Translations under genes and position numbers: made by a program
DNA from: Cycas panzhihuaensis
Taxonomy: Eukaryota > Plantae > Cycadophyta
NCBI GenBank assembly: GCA_023213395.1
Contig: CM041465.1
Coordinates: 69,323,741-69,387,740, forward strand
Reading direction: 5' to 3'
DNA: 64,000 bases
Notes under the pieces: model-generated
Databases searched by the model: none
Told to the model about the DNA's origin: nothing
What the model saw: the letters and a program-made list of their open reading frames with translations, nothing else
Shown: positions 24,701-36,119 of the stretch, in pieces
Layout: each line of letters begins with the position of its first letter
Position numbering within the stretch: the first letter of the stretch is position 1

Positions 24701-25960
24701 AACATATCCTCCATATAGTAATCATCACAATTAGAAGTTACAATTGGGACTTCCCTTATACCTTTGATAGTTTAACACTTTTTTGTCTCTCAGAATGACT
24801 ATATGTCCAATGGCTTTCCACATGTGCCGAGCATGTTCAACTTTTTAGTTGTCCTCCAAGCCTTGCTTTTAGAAAACTTCTCTATATGTCCCTTTCCCTA
24901 AATACAAGGTTCAAAAATATATTTTTATGCCTTAAATTTCAAAAGAATACATTCCATATTTAACTTGTTCATCAAACAAAGGCCAAAGAAATGTAGATGC
25001 CCTAATCTCTCATGCCAAATTTGAATTTAATTTGATGTTTTTGTAGTCAAATATGCTTTTTGATTTATTGACTTACCTAAGAACCTATAAAGACGGTTAT
25101 CTCTCGTACTTTTTGCAACTGTTTTTCCTTCGAGATCACTAATAATAGCCTTCTTGTTTTTAAAGAGGAAACTCATCTCATGGTCTTCTATTTCACTGAT
25201 AGAAATCAAATTCATCTTCAATCCATACATGTATAACACATCTTCCATATAGTAATCATCACAATTAGAAGTTACAATTGGGACTTCCCTTATACCTTTG
25301 ATAGTTTAACACTTTTTGGTCTCTCAGAATGACTATATGCCCAATGGCTTTCCACATGTGGCGAGCATGTTCAACCTTTTAGTTGTCCTCCAAGCCTTAC
25401 TTTTAGAAAACTTCTCTATATGTTGCTTTCCATAAATACAAAGTTCAAAAATATAATTTTATGCCTTAAACTTCAAAAGAATACACTCCATATTTAACTT
25501 GTTCATCAAACAAAGGCCAAAGAAATGTAGATGCCCTAATCTCTCATGCCAAATTTGAATTTAATTTGATGTTTTTGTAGTCAAATATGTTTTTTGATTT
25601 ATTGACTTACCTAAGAACCTATAAAGACAGTTATCTCCCGTACTTTTTGCAACCATTTTTCCTTCGAGATCACTAATAATAGCCTTCTTGTTTTTAAAGA
25701 GGAAACTCATCTCATGGTCTTCTATCTCACTGATAGAAATCAAATTCATCTTCAGTCCATACATGTACAACACATCCTCCATATAGTAATCATCACAATT
25801 AGAAGTTACAATTGGGACTTCCCTTATACCTTTGATAGTTTAACACTTTTTTGTCTCTCAGAATGACTATATGTCCAATGGCTTTCCACATGTGTCTGAA
25901 CTAGTCAAGTCTTCTTGTCATGTGCCTAGAAGCACTTGAAATGATGTACCAAATATTGTT
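21730..25960 (-). pseudogene. Disrupted Copia pol (PR-INT-RT-RH) of element D
   Basis: ORF fragments 22575, 23250, 24100, 24493, 25027 and 25561 carry Copia motifs; many stops. Confidence 0.9.
24295..25896. repeat. Tandem triplication, 3 x 534 bp, inside the Copia pol
   Basis: Units start at 24295, 24829 and 25363. Three near-identical 73-aa ORFs spaced exactly 534 bp apart; about 97% identity. Confidence 0.97.
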
Positions 25961-25999
25961 GGACTTTTTCTCATGCATTGCCATATTTCTTTGACTAGT

Positions 26000-27500
26000 T
26001 CTATGTTGTTGATTAGCCTGTAATAGTCTATATTTTCTCCTAACGTGTCCTGATTGTTTATAGTTATGGTAGATCTTTTAAGGTAATTTATTACAATGAA
26101 GAAACAAACATATTCCACTCATTTTAATGTGTAAAATACAATGGAGTGGCATGTTATAATAAGAACATAGTGAACATTAGCGTTAAATAGTCCCGAGACA
26201 ACACACACTGTTTTTATTTTAAAAAATAAAAATTTATAAAATCTTCGATCATTATGCAAAGTATCGACAAAATAAATGTCTTCAAACACCACACAAAGAA
26301 CCAAAATTTTACCATATGACCATATTTGTTACAAAAAAAACATGAAAAATCATAATAAAAAAGTGTCGTATATTTTTACAAGAGATTTCTCTACAAGTCA
26401 AAAAATAACTTAACACTTATGATACCACGTGACCGGGAGGTTAATAGAAAAGCGTCTAACCGGACTCCAAACTAAAATAAAAAATTACTTAACGTCAATA
26501 GAACATTACGAAAGAATAAATTTACTTTATACCAAGTTTTGGGCGAGCGAATTTTGCTTGTTGTGTGTGCCTGCGTTAAAGAAAATTCCGTCATTGTTGG
26601 GTCGATCGAATTTGGCCGAGAGTTGTGACGACGAATTGATTCGTCTCCGTTTGGGTCTACTAATTTGTAGTTTTGTGTGGTAATGTTTCAGTGTATGGTC
26701 TCTTCTTCCTCAATCAACCGTCACCTGTGATGAACTATTACCGATAATGTCTGGCTATTCATGGTATTTCTACGTGTTTCAACACCTGCCGTCGTATATT
26801 TAGCACCTACTTCTTATTAGCTGTGGGCGGGTCTACTGCTTCAATGTTGGGTTAGGGAGAGAGGGGTAGAGGTTGTAATGGGAGCAACTGCCAGTTAAAA
26901 CAAGCCCACAAGAAGCCACAAGCCTCTGCTTGCATTCATCGGTCTTCCATGGATAGCTGTTACGCTATATTGCCCTCCCTACCCACCAAAACAACATATT
27001 ATTCTCTGTCAATAGACGGATCAAAGTTGGGTATGCGTTTACAATTTGTAGCCGGGGGAAGGTATCCTCCACGAAGAAGACTATGTTGTTCCTGCTGACC
27101 CCTGAACCTAATCACAAGATGATCATTGGAAGGAACTGCTCCATTTAGGATTCTCAAGCTCCTGTTGGAGGATCCGCCTGTGCCAAAACTCTGCCACTGT
27201 CAAACCCAGACTTGCCTTCTCCTCGGTTCTCAAAACTTTAAACACCCTTCACAGTTGTTAACAGAATAAATCCTTCATGGGTGTAGCCCAATGCCATTAA
27301 CCCCGAAACCTAATCGTCCAGCGCATTAGAGCAATCAATAATCACATCTACTGCTCGCATGAATTGATTTTAAAAAAAAATTACAAATCACAAAAGCAGT
27401 TCATAACCTCTATTTTGTTTCAAACAGTCTTACTTCGCAGCCTAGCAAATTAATTACACAATGGTATTGGCTAAACAATTATTAGATGTTAGACAACACA
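26000..27500. other. CpG-retaining non-coding segment lodged between the protease and PBS of element D
   Basis: Dense CpGs, especially 26360-26800; G-box CACGTG at 26426; no gag motifs and no convincing ORF. Confidence 0.55.
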
Positions 27501-28382
27501 AAGTTATTTGGCTCTAAATATTATAGGTAAAAATTTAATTATTAACTTGCAAAGACATATTTAATATCAAATAAGAGTTGTAAATCGAAAATGGAGTTAA
27601 ATAAATACCTAAACGCAAGTTTTTTTAATAAAATTGGTTTATTTTAAAACTAATTTTGCATTCATTTAGAATTCATTACAAATAGATGCAAAACACAATA
27701 TTATATAAGTAAGATAGGTAATGGTATACATATGAATTTGTAATTGTCATGTCGTGTTATAAGTCTATTTAGGACTTTATAACTCTTAATGACTCACCTA
27801 CCCAATTTCGTCTTACATATGAACATTAATTTAACAAGTTTAGTCACTAGTTTTATAATAATTGACAATTTTAGCATAATCACATTTAATGAATTGAAAT
27901 GTTTGCTATTATGAAATGAATAGTTGTTGAAAAAGATGATGGAAGAGAGATATTCGATGCATATACAACAAAGTTAAAAGTTAAAAAACCTTTTGTTTTG
28001 AAGAATGTTGCATCTAAGGCATAGAATGTTCAAAAAGGGGGTTTTGAGTTTAAAGGGCTGAATAAATTAAAAGGTTGTTATTATTGTGGTAAATTTAGAC
28101 ATTTCATAAAAGATTGTAGGAAGTTGTAGTCTAACCAACAAAGGTGGTATGATCACTTGAAATAATTGAAAAAGAAGTTGTTTGATCATTTTTTTAATCG
28201 TTCTTTAAAAAGAGATTAAAATGGAAAATAACTCTTTGTTGCACCTTTTCAATTAAACCATAATTTAGGTGAAGCTTAGTATATTGATTCAGGTGCTACC
28301 AAACATATGATGAATAAGTTGGAATGGTTCAAGCACATGGGGGAGACAAAATGACAATTTATTACACTTGGTGACAATGGGG

Positions 28383-29389
28383 TGATTTGTCTCAGTATTC
28401 TTTCATAATCATAACACCTGAGAGTTTAAAAGGCATATTATAGAAAGATTTATTGTAGCAGAATAAACACTTTATTACTTAATGGAGACAAAATTACAAA
28501 AGAAAGATATGGACAAGACACCAAATGTTCATTAAATATTGTATGACCTTACAAGAGTCATAATACACAACAACCTCACTTTGTATTCGAAGGGCCTTAA
28601 ATTGATAAGAAAGGCCTTTTATATCAAATACCATTGGTGGGGCAAGTAGTCTCTAATTCTATTAGTTATCACAAGTGGTTCCATGCACAAAAGTTAATGG
28701 TTAGCACTGACCGCTAGATAACTTGCTCACATATATTGGCAATCCAGTTCCATTAACAATAGGTGGTTATGTAACAGGTTCCCTCCCTTAAGTTGTTGAG
28801 CCCTCAAAGCCAAGAAGATATGGATATTTCACACATTCAGTCAATTTCCATGTTGCTTCATCAGGTCCACAATTGGCCCACTACACCAAATACTTAGAGA
28901 TGGTCATGTTTTGGAGGCAGTGTTGCCAATTGGTTAAAATATACTCTGGCAAGATAGTGAGAAGTTACTCTTCATCTATGATTGGCAAAATAGTTTAGGA
29001 AAAAAATGTTTTTGCCAAGGTGTTTTTTAAGGCATGAAACGTGAAAAATATCATGGATTTTGGTGTTGGATGGGAGTTCCATAGTGTAAGCAACTTCGCC
29101 AATCTGTTGGAATATTTTATATAGGTCATAATAGTGTGGGTTGAGCTTTTGGCTTTTATAGTTCTTGAGAGATAGTTGCTTATACAGTTTGAGGTGGAGG
29201 AATACGAGGTCACCAATGGAGAATGAATAATTAAAATCTTAGTGGTTGGTGAGTTGTTTCATATCGTTTTGGGCAGTGGCTAAGTTTTGTTTAAGGGTGG
29301 CTAGGATTCAATCCATATCTTGAAGTTTTTGTTAGATAAAAACAATTTAAAGGTTAATGGACAGAGTGTGATGGATGGTGGAAGGTACC
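28383..29389 (-). mobile_element. Element E: 3' end of a Ty3/gypsy chromovirus (3' LTR 28383-28776, PPT, integrase C-terminus and chromodomain)
   Basis: LTR ends GTGGTTATGTAACA, the complement of the element B LTR start. PPT complement GGTTCCCTCCCTTA. Minus-strand ISKYLV*WANCGPDEATW chromodomain. Confidence 0.8.
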
Positions 29390-32335
29390 TATTATGACCC
29401 AAAACAATTATGGGAGTTAATAATATTATTTATTAGAAGTTGGTTTCAAATATTATTAAGGAATAAATATCTTATTAGAAATTGGTTTTATTATTAGGAA
29501 GTTTAATTTTCAAGGATGGTCAAATATGACACCTATAAAAAGAGAGTTATTATTCACTTGTAAATTGTCTTTTGTAAATTAATTCGTTTAGAGCCCTTTG
29601 ACCATTTGACTCTTAGGAGCTTATTTTCAGATTTTATTTTAACTTTATTTTATATTTTGAGAAGTAGATCCAATTTAGGATCACTTAAAGTATTATCAGA
29701 GATTTGTTTTTGGCGTATCAAGGATCTTGAGAGTATAAGCGGGAGACTTTCTAAAAAATAATAATGAATTTTAATCAACCAGGCATGTTTTATAAATTTT
29801 GAGTGGTTATACCATAGGTTTTGAAATGAAATTACAAAAATTGTAGGGAATTTAGTTTTGACTTACTATTTGTTGTTACTTTTAGGTCATAAAATTTGTT
29901 ACTACAACTTCAAATAGCCATAGTTTTAGTTATAAGTGTCTGATTGACCTCAAATTATTTTTTGAATTTGTTCGTCTCGATATCTGCTTTGCATTGCAAG
30001 TAGTTTCAAATCCATTAAATATTAGAGTAAAAAAATATTTACATTTTAGTAAGAGGTATTATTGTAGTATTTAAAAAGCTTAATTGTAACTCAGCTTAAA
30101 AGGGCTATAATCTCCACAATAGGAATCAGATTTTCATTTTGCCTGAAGCATTGGAATTTTGATTTAAAAGTCCATATTTGAAGCTATTAGAAAATTCATA
30201 ATTGAGGTAGAGATTATAGAAATAGTGGAGGAATTACGGAGCTCCACTTAGGGTACCAAAAACTTGAGGTAGTTAAATACCCAAAAAGAATGGACTAATG
30301 ATTTCAATCCTTTAAAATGGAAACCTAGAGGAACATGGGAATAATACAACCAAAATTGACCTATGCTTATGAAAGGTTCAACATCGACATGATTAGACTG
30401 ATCGAGTGGATAATAACGAGGACCGCTTCCAAAGGCCTTGAAAGGGATAGAGACCTAACAGATGTTGGTAGTAGTAGTAAAAGTAAAAAGGATCAAAAGG
30501 AAAATAAAAGATAGCATGATGATCGAAGGGAATATAAAAGAAATGATGACTTTCAACAACTAATTTTTTTCTATAATCTTTATATATTAACTTACTCACA
30601 AGATGGTAAAATTGAAGCAGATAAATGGCTAGTAAAAATAGAAGACGTCGACTCACTATGTTTTAGTGATGTTAAAGATCAAATTAACTTTGCTATAGAC
30701 CACTTTAAAGGGTCTATGTACACATGTGTTACACAATGGAAAATGGGAGGAAAAACCTATAATTTCAAATATTTTGTGGAAGCCTTTAAAGAATAAACAA
30801 AAGATAATTAGAGTGATTCTTATAATGTCCAATTAGCACACTATTTTCAAAAGGGTTGATCTACCAAACAATGAACTCCACTTAAAGGTTGAAATTATTT
30901 TTGAGGAACTGCTCCCATATTACGTTAGTAATCTACAACCTAAGATTTACAAGGATGTCCGTCATTCCACCCTAAGCACCTTGAGCTTAGTTATCAGAAT
31001 GACAAGATAGATTGAATCTTGTCTCTAAAATTCTCAGAGGGGATTTCAAATAGAATCCCATTAATTGGTACATAAATTAATAGGACCAAGTAGCCAAGGA
31101 TTCTAGAAAAGTCAGAACAATAGCTCCCATACATATGAGCCAACCAAGGTAACATGAAGGGTTAAAGTGATAGAAAGCGTTAATGAAAGAACACTTGGCA
31201 TATGTCATAATTGTAAGAAACCTTGGGTCAAGGGACATAAGTGTGTCAACAGGAGATTATATAGTGTCAAAATAAATATTAAAGATGAAGAAATAGAACA
31301 ATAGCAAGGACTAGAGGAAGAGCATAAGGAGGAATAAATAAACCAATCAAAGGAGTTGGACAATGGCTAACCTATGGTCTCTTTATCAATCATATAAGGG
31401 ATAACACCACCTAATACCATCAAAATTTTTGGATACCTTAGAAAGAAGAAGGTAATCATCCTCATCGATCTAGGTAACACCTACAATTTCATTGATATAT
31501 AAAAGGCCATAAGGTTAGGGCTATCTGTGAAGAAAAGGAAGTTCAAAATCTCACTTTCGAAAAATTAGGTCTTAACATGTTAGGGTGAGGTCAAACATTA
31601 ATGGCTATATATAGAAAATTATGATTCTTTTGTAGATTTTATACTTTTGACATTAGGGGTTTTGATATAGTCTTAGGAGTTGAATGGTCGAGGGTGTTAG
31701 GAACTTATGCCCTAAACCATGATGAAAACTTCATCAAGTTTAATTATGAGGGAAAGAAATACCAATTTAATGGTATTAATGTTCCAAAATCAAAAGTCAT
31801 ATCCACAGAAAAGATGGGAAAAACACTTTACAAAGGGCATGCTAAGTTCATCGCAGTGCTATATTCTATACAAGTAGAGATTGCTAAGAGCAAACTACCA
31901 CCTAAGCAAAAGAAGGAAATAAATGAGCTCGTAAAATGCTACCAAGATGTCTTCCAAGAGTTACTAAGGAGTCCACCATTAAGTTGAAACAAAGAGTATA
32001 TCATTGAGTTGGAACTAGGGAGGGGGCTTACTATTACTTGCCCATATCGCTACAAGCATAAGTAGAAGATAGAAATGGAGAGATTCATGTAAGATTATTT
32101 GATTCTAGTGCCATAATACCAAGCAAGAGCCCTTACATAATACCTATTATCTTAGGCAAGAAAAATAATGGGTCCTTTTGAATATGCATTGACTACAAAG
32201 CCCTAAGTAGGATAACACTAAAGAATAAAACCCCATTCCATACATGGATGATATTATAGATGAGTTACATAGATTTAAATATTTTTCCAACATTGATTTA
32301 TGTTTTGGATATTATCAAATATTAATCCAATTTCA
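29390..32335 (+). mobile_element. Element F: 3'-truncated Ty3/gypsy (LTR about 29390-29685, PBS 29691, gag, protease, start of RT)
   Basis: Eroded PBS TATTATCAGAG. Zinc knuckle CHNCKKPWVKGHKC at about 31203; protease IILIDLGNTYNFI at about 31455; RT ICIDYKALSRITLKNK at about 32180. Confidence 0.8.
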
Positions 32336-32440
32336 ATACATAGTGCATTCATTTAGCTCTCAGTGTGAGGATTCATCTTTATCTATCTCTATTTAGGTGC
32401 TCAGACTATCCATTTCCGTGTATAGCTCTATGTAAATTTT

Positions 32441-33348
32441 CACTATTCGCAGTCCTTTGTGATAGGCATCACCCTTTATATGATCTTGGTCATTCGATCA
32501 ATTGGTTTTAACTGCTACAAGCCACCTAAATGAGTTTATAGGTCGTGTAACAATTTTATAGGTTGTGCAGCTTCCTTCTTATCAAAAAATTTAATTTTTA
32601 TGTATAGTTTAAATACTATACTTTATATAAATCAAAATATTCTTTTAGAATATTCAAAGTTTAATAAACGTTTTTGCCACTAATGTTATAAACAAGCCCT
32701 TTTTAATATATATTTCATTATTGTCATTTGATCATTTTATGGCAAGTGTGCTTCTTGTATTTAGTCTTCAATAGAGAATAATTTTAGTGCCTATTTCACT
32801 TTAGTCTAATCTTTTAACTATGCTTTAATGGAGGTATATTTTTCACCATTATTTTTTAGTAGTCTTTATTAATAATGGTTTAGTTTTGACTATTTGCATT
32901 ATTTGCTATCCTTTGTGATAGGCATCATCCTTTATATACTCTTGGCTATTCAATCAATTGGTTTTAACTGCTACAGGCCACCCATATGAGTTTATAGGTC
33001 GTGTGACAATTTTGTAGGTTGTGCGACTTCCCTCTTATTAAAATTTTTAATTTTTATGTATAGCTTAAAAACTATACTTTATATAAATCAAAATATTCTT
33101 TTAGAATATTCAAAGTCTAATGAACTTTTTTGCCACTAATATTATAAACAAGCTCTTTTTAATATATATTTCATTATTGTCATTTGATCATTTTATGGCA
33201 AGTGTACTTCTTGTATTTAGTCTTCAGTAGAGAATAATTTTAGTGCCTATTTCACTTTAGTCTAATCTTTTAACTATGCTTTAATGGAGGTCTATTTTTC
33301 ACCATTATTTTTTGGTAGTCTTCATTAATAATGGTTTAATTTTGACTA
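32441..33348. repeat. Tandem duplication, 2 x 456 bp
   Basis: TCCTTTGTGATAGGCATC at 32453 and 32909; matching ends at 32892 and 33348; over 90% identical. Confidence 0.93.
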
Positions 33349-34024
33349 GCAACTCGATATTTGATTTAACAAAGGTGTGTCAAAGTGTTTGTCTACTTGC
33401 CTGTACAAGATCAATAGGTTCACTCAGAGGTCCTTTAATGTGCTTAACAAAGTATGTGCATGCAAGTCTTACTGCTTGCATATCATTGTCTCAATAGTAG
33501 GTGTCTTTTTGCTTATTTACTTGTTATTTATTTAGCCTACATATGACTAAATTAGCTTATATGTCAATCTTTCTACCTTATATGTCACTGTTAAAAGTAG
33601 TGTGCAATGTGCTCAATAATTGAGTGAAGCTCCTACAATAAATATGATTTAATAGACCTTGTATGTTAGTGATTTCTAGATATATGTAAGATAATAAAAA
33701 ACTTCATTATATCATATACATTACAGAGTCTATAGTGTAGAGAAAAATAATAATAAATCATACTCAGAGGTATGAACAAGTATCTATAACTTATGATAAT
33801 TATACTATTACATTTCTCAAACAAGTATTTATAACTTGTTAATGGCTACTCCCCTTGAAGATAATACTAATTATAATTACTTGGAAATAGTCATATCGTT
33901 GTGTTTAAAAACAACTTCTATAGGGGAGCACCTCTACATGAACACCTACAACCTACTTCAATGAACATTTTATAACATGTATATAAAACCTTCCAAAAGA
34001 ACTAAATTACTCAAATTTCTTCTA

Positions 34025-34368
34025 GCTCTAATACCATATAAGCTATTATGAATTAATTCTAATAAGAATTAAGATTTAATTTAATAGGATTAACTATCAA
34101 ATTAACATAAAAATTACATTCATATTAAAGACAAAATCTCAAAGTGAAGTCATCTCATTAATTTCAACAATGCATTATATATACATAAATACAAATTTTA
34201 AGCAAAATCTAATTCCTAACTAACTGACATGTGATGTGAGAGTTATAACCCCAATGACTCATCACTCACATATCAATAAAATAATCCTATAACTAATGTA
34301 TTACAAAACTTTAAGATGAGGTTCATAATCTAATTCATGAGCTATAAATAAACATTAATATCTTTACA
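34025..34368 (-). mobile_element. LTR plus PBS remnant
   Basis: PBS complement GCTCTAATACCA at 34025-34036, followed by an LTR-like stretch ending ...TTTACA; right boundary approximate. Confidence 0.5.
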
Positions 34369-35507
34369 AGTCACATCAAACCAATCGTGTGTGACTCAAT
34401 GGGGGGACCCATAATTCTCAAACAAATTTATAAAGCAATTTAATTTTATCTTATAATGGTTTATAAGTTTAATTTATAAAATATATTAATAATTTTAATG
34501 ATCATTTTTCGCGTGAACTACATGTGACTGTATGATACTTTTTCAATGCTCGTGTACTATTTTACAATGGATTTTCAATTTGAGAGGTCTAAAACTCAAA
34601 ATTTGATCTTGTAGAAGGGAGTGTCACCCTCCAACACATGCCCAACACTAAGTTTTTACAGTTGGGAGGCATCCAAAATACTCAAAAAGACCCATCTTTA
34701 TAGTAAGTGCCCAAAGCCTACAAACAACCTTTTACTCCACAACTTTGCTTACCTACTGCAAAATTAATTATAGATCTACCATTTACACATAATGACATCC
34801 CTAAACATAAAGAAAATCATCTTAAAAATTGTTTAAGAAAGAAGAAAAAATACCTCTTAATATAGAAGTACACCACCAGCCAAACAAGCATTTTGCTCTA
34901 ATTTTTCCACTATAACATACATTAAACCTAATTTAGACCCTCCATCATGCAACAATGCTATACCAGTGGTAAGAATACTCAAAATCATTAACACACCTAC
35001 TCAACATCAACATAATTTGCCACAAGGATTTTAAATTGGTGTATGAATCCAACAATAATAATGAATAACAAACCCTCCAACCAGTTGATAAGATCTTTCT
35101 TAAAAATATGAACTCTTTATTACACACACAATCGACTAATAAGCTTCTTATACATAAGTTTATGTAATCAATAAGCTCCCAAGATTTTGCTAAAATACAT
35201 AAGTATTCTTTAATAAGTCAATGCACCATTTGCTACAATAAACATACTGCAAAAACCTTCATCAATCATGGTACTATTATGATAGAGGGAAAAACAATGG
35301 CCTACCCACCACATCAACAACTGCAACAGGGTGATGAACCCTACTTGCAAAGCCCCATTTTTGGATACATGTGCAACACTTGCATGCATATTGGTAAGAC
35401 ATAAATATAATAGCCCAAAAATGAATTTAAAATATAGAAAATATCTACAAGATTCAAAGTAACTACAATACTTATACTCTTCGCTACATTTTCTATGCTT
35501 AGGTAAT

Positions 35508-35655
35508 AATATGCTCCAGGCTCATGACATTAACATGCTCCAAGTACTCATATAAGCATGCTCTAGCTTTATTACATTAATATGCTCTAGGTACACACAC
35601 CAACATACTCCCATCTCATGAAACCAACATGCTCCAAGCTCATGACACCATGTTA

Positions 35656-35694
<39 letters not shown>

Positions 35695-35702
35695 AAAAAA
35701 AA
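35508..35702. repeat. 23/24-bp minisatellite (6 units, core A(A/G)(C/T)ATGCTC) followed by (CA)n and poly-A
   Basis: Units at 35508, 35532, 35555, 35579, 35602 and 35626; (CA)n at 35659-35690. Confidence 0.85.
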
Positions 35703-35712
35703 TAGACAATAA

Positions 35713-36115
35713 CTTTGATACCACTTGCTAGAAATATATAACAAGCATATGTAAAACAAGTTTTAAATTAATATATTAATAGGTGGACACACTCATAGTC
35801 TTACATCTTAGCTTGGATCAAACTAGGCTCAAACCTAGGGCTCTAATACCATATAAAGAAAATAAATAAGAGCAAAGAATAAATAAGTACAAATATATAA
35901 CACAATATACTTATGGAAAGTGATCACTTAAAAGCTGTATTATGATAAATTAATATATATTTATAGTATACACCATCTCATTGTAATCCAATCACATATT
36001 AGGAGCTACTTAATTAACCAATGACCTATTACATAAAGAAGTATACACATTATGACCCCTTAATATACATCAAATAGATAATACATTGATTTAACATTAT
36101 CATGGATTTAATATT
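35713..36115 (-). mobile_element. Two adjacent PBS+LTR remnants
   Basis: PBS complements CTTTGATACCA (35713-35723) and GCTCTAATACCA (35840-35851), each followed by LTR-like sequence. Confidence 0.5.
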
Positions 36116-36119
36116 ACCA

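Larger units (their letters stand above)
21450..27836 (-). mobile_element. Element D: degenerate Ty1/copia (3' LTR 21450-21729, 5' LTR 27572-27836, TSD AATTT/AGTTT)
   Basis: Homologous but diverged LTRs; PPT complement CTCCCCTTTAA at 21730; eroded PBS complement at about 27558-27569. Minus-strand protease WYIISSASRHMT (25917-25951), integrase LHFDIYGP...RYLLIFID, RT YIDDLVI...LGSLHYFLGVE, and RNase H remnants. Confidence 0.85.
20692..28382 (+). mobile_element. Element C: truncated Ty1/copia (LTR 20692-20954, PBS 20957-20968, gag 20997-21449, resumed as gag-protease 27842-28382), split by element D
   Basis: PBS TGGTATCAAAGC. Gag N-terminus ...KF...HDLW; LKSLPKSYE(N/S) on the left continues as LVTS...TFNELK on the right of D. 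Zinc knuckle CYYCGKFRHFIKDC at about 28076-28117; protease *YIDSGATKHM at about 28278-28310. Confidence 0.8.

Noticed and set aside
27155-27178. Resemblance to miR390 or a TAS3 target site (AAGCTC...GGAT..GCC)
   Set aside because: Too many mismatches and indels; no tasiARF sequence nearby.
35508-35649. CRISPR-like repeat-spacer pattern
   Set aside because: Units are 23-24 bp with related, not unique, variable parts; eukaryotic context; no cas genes.
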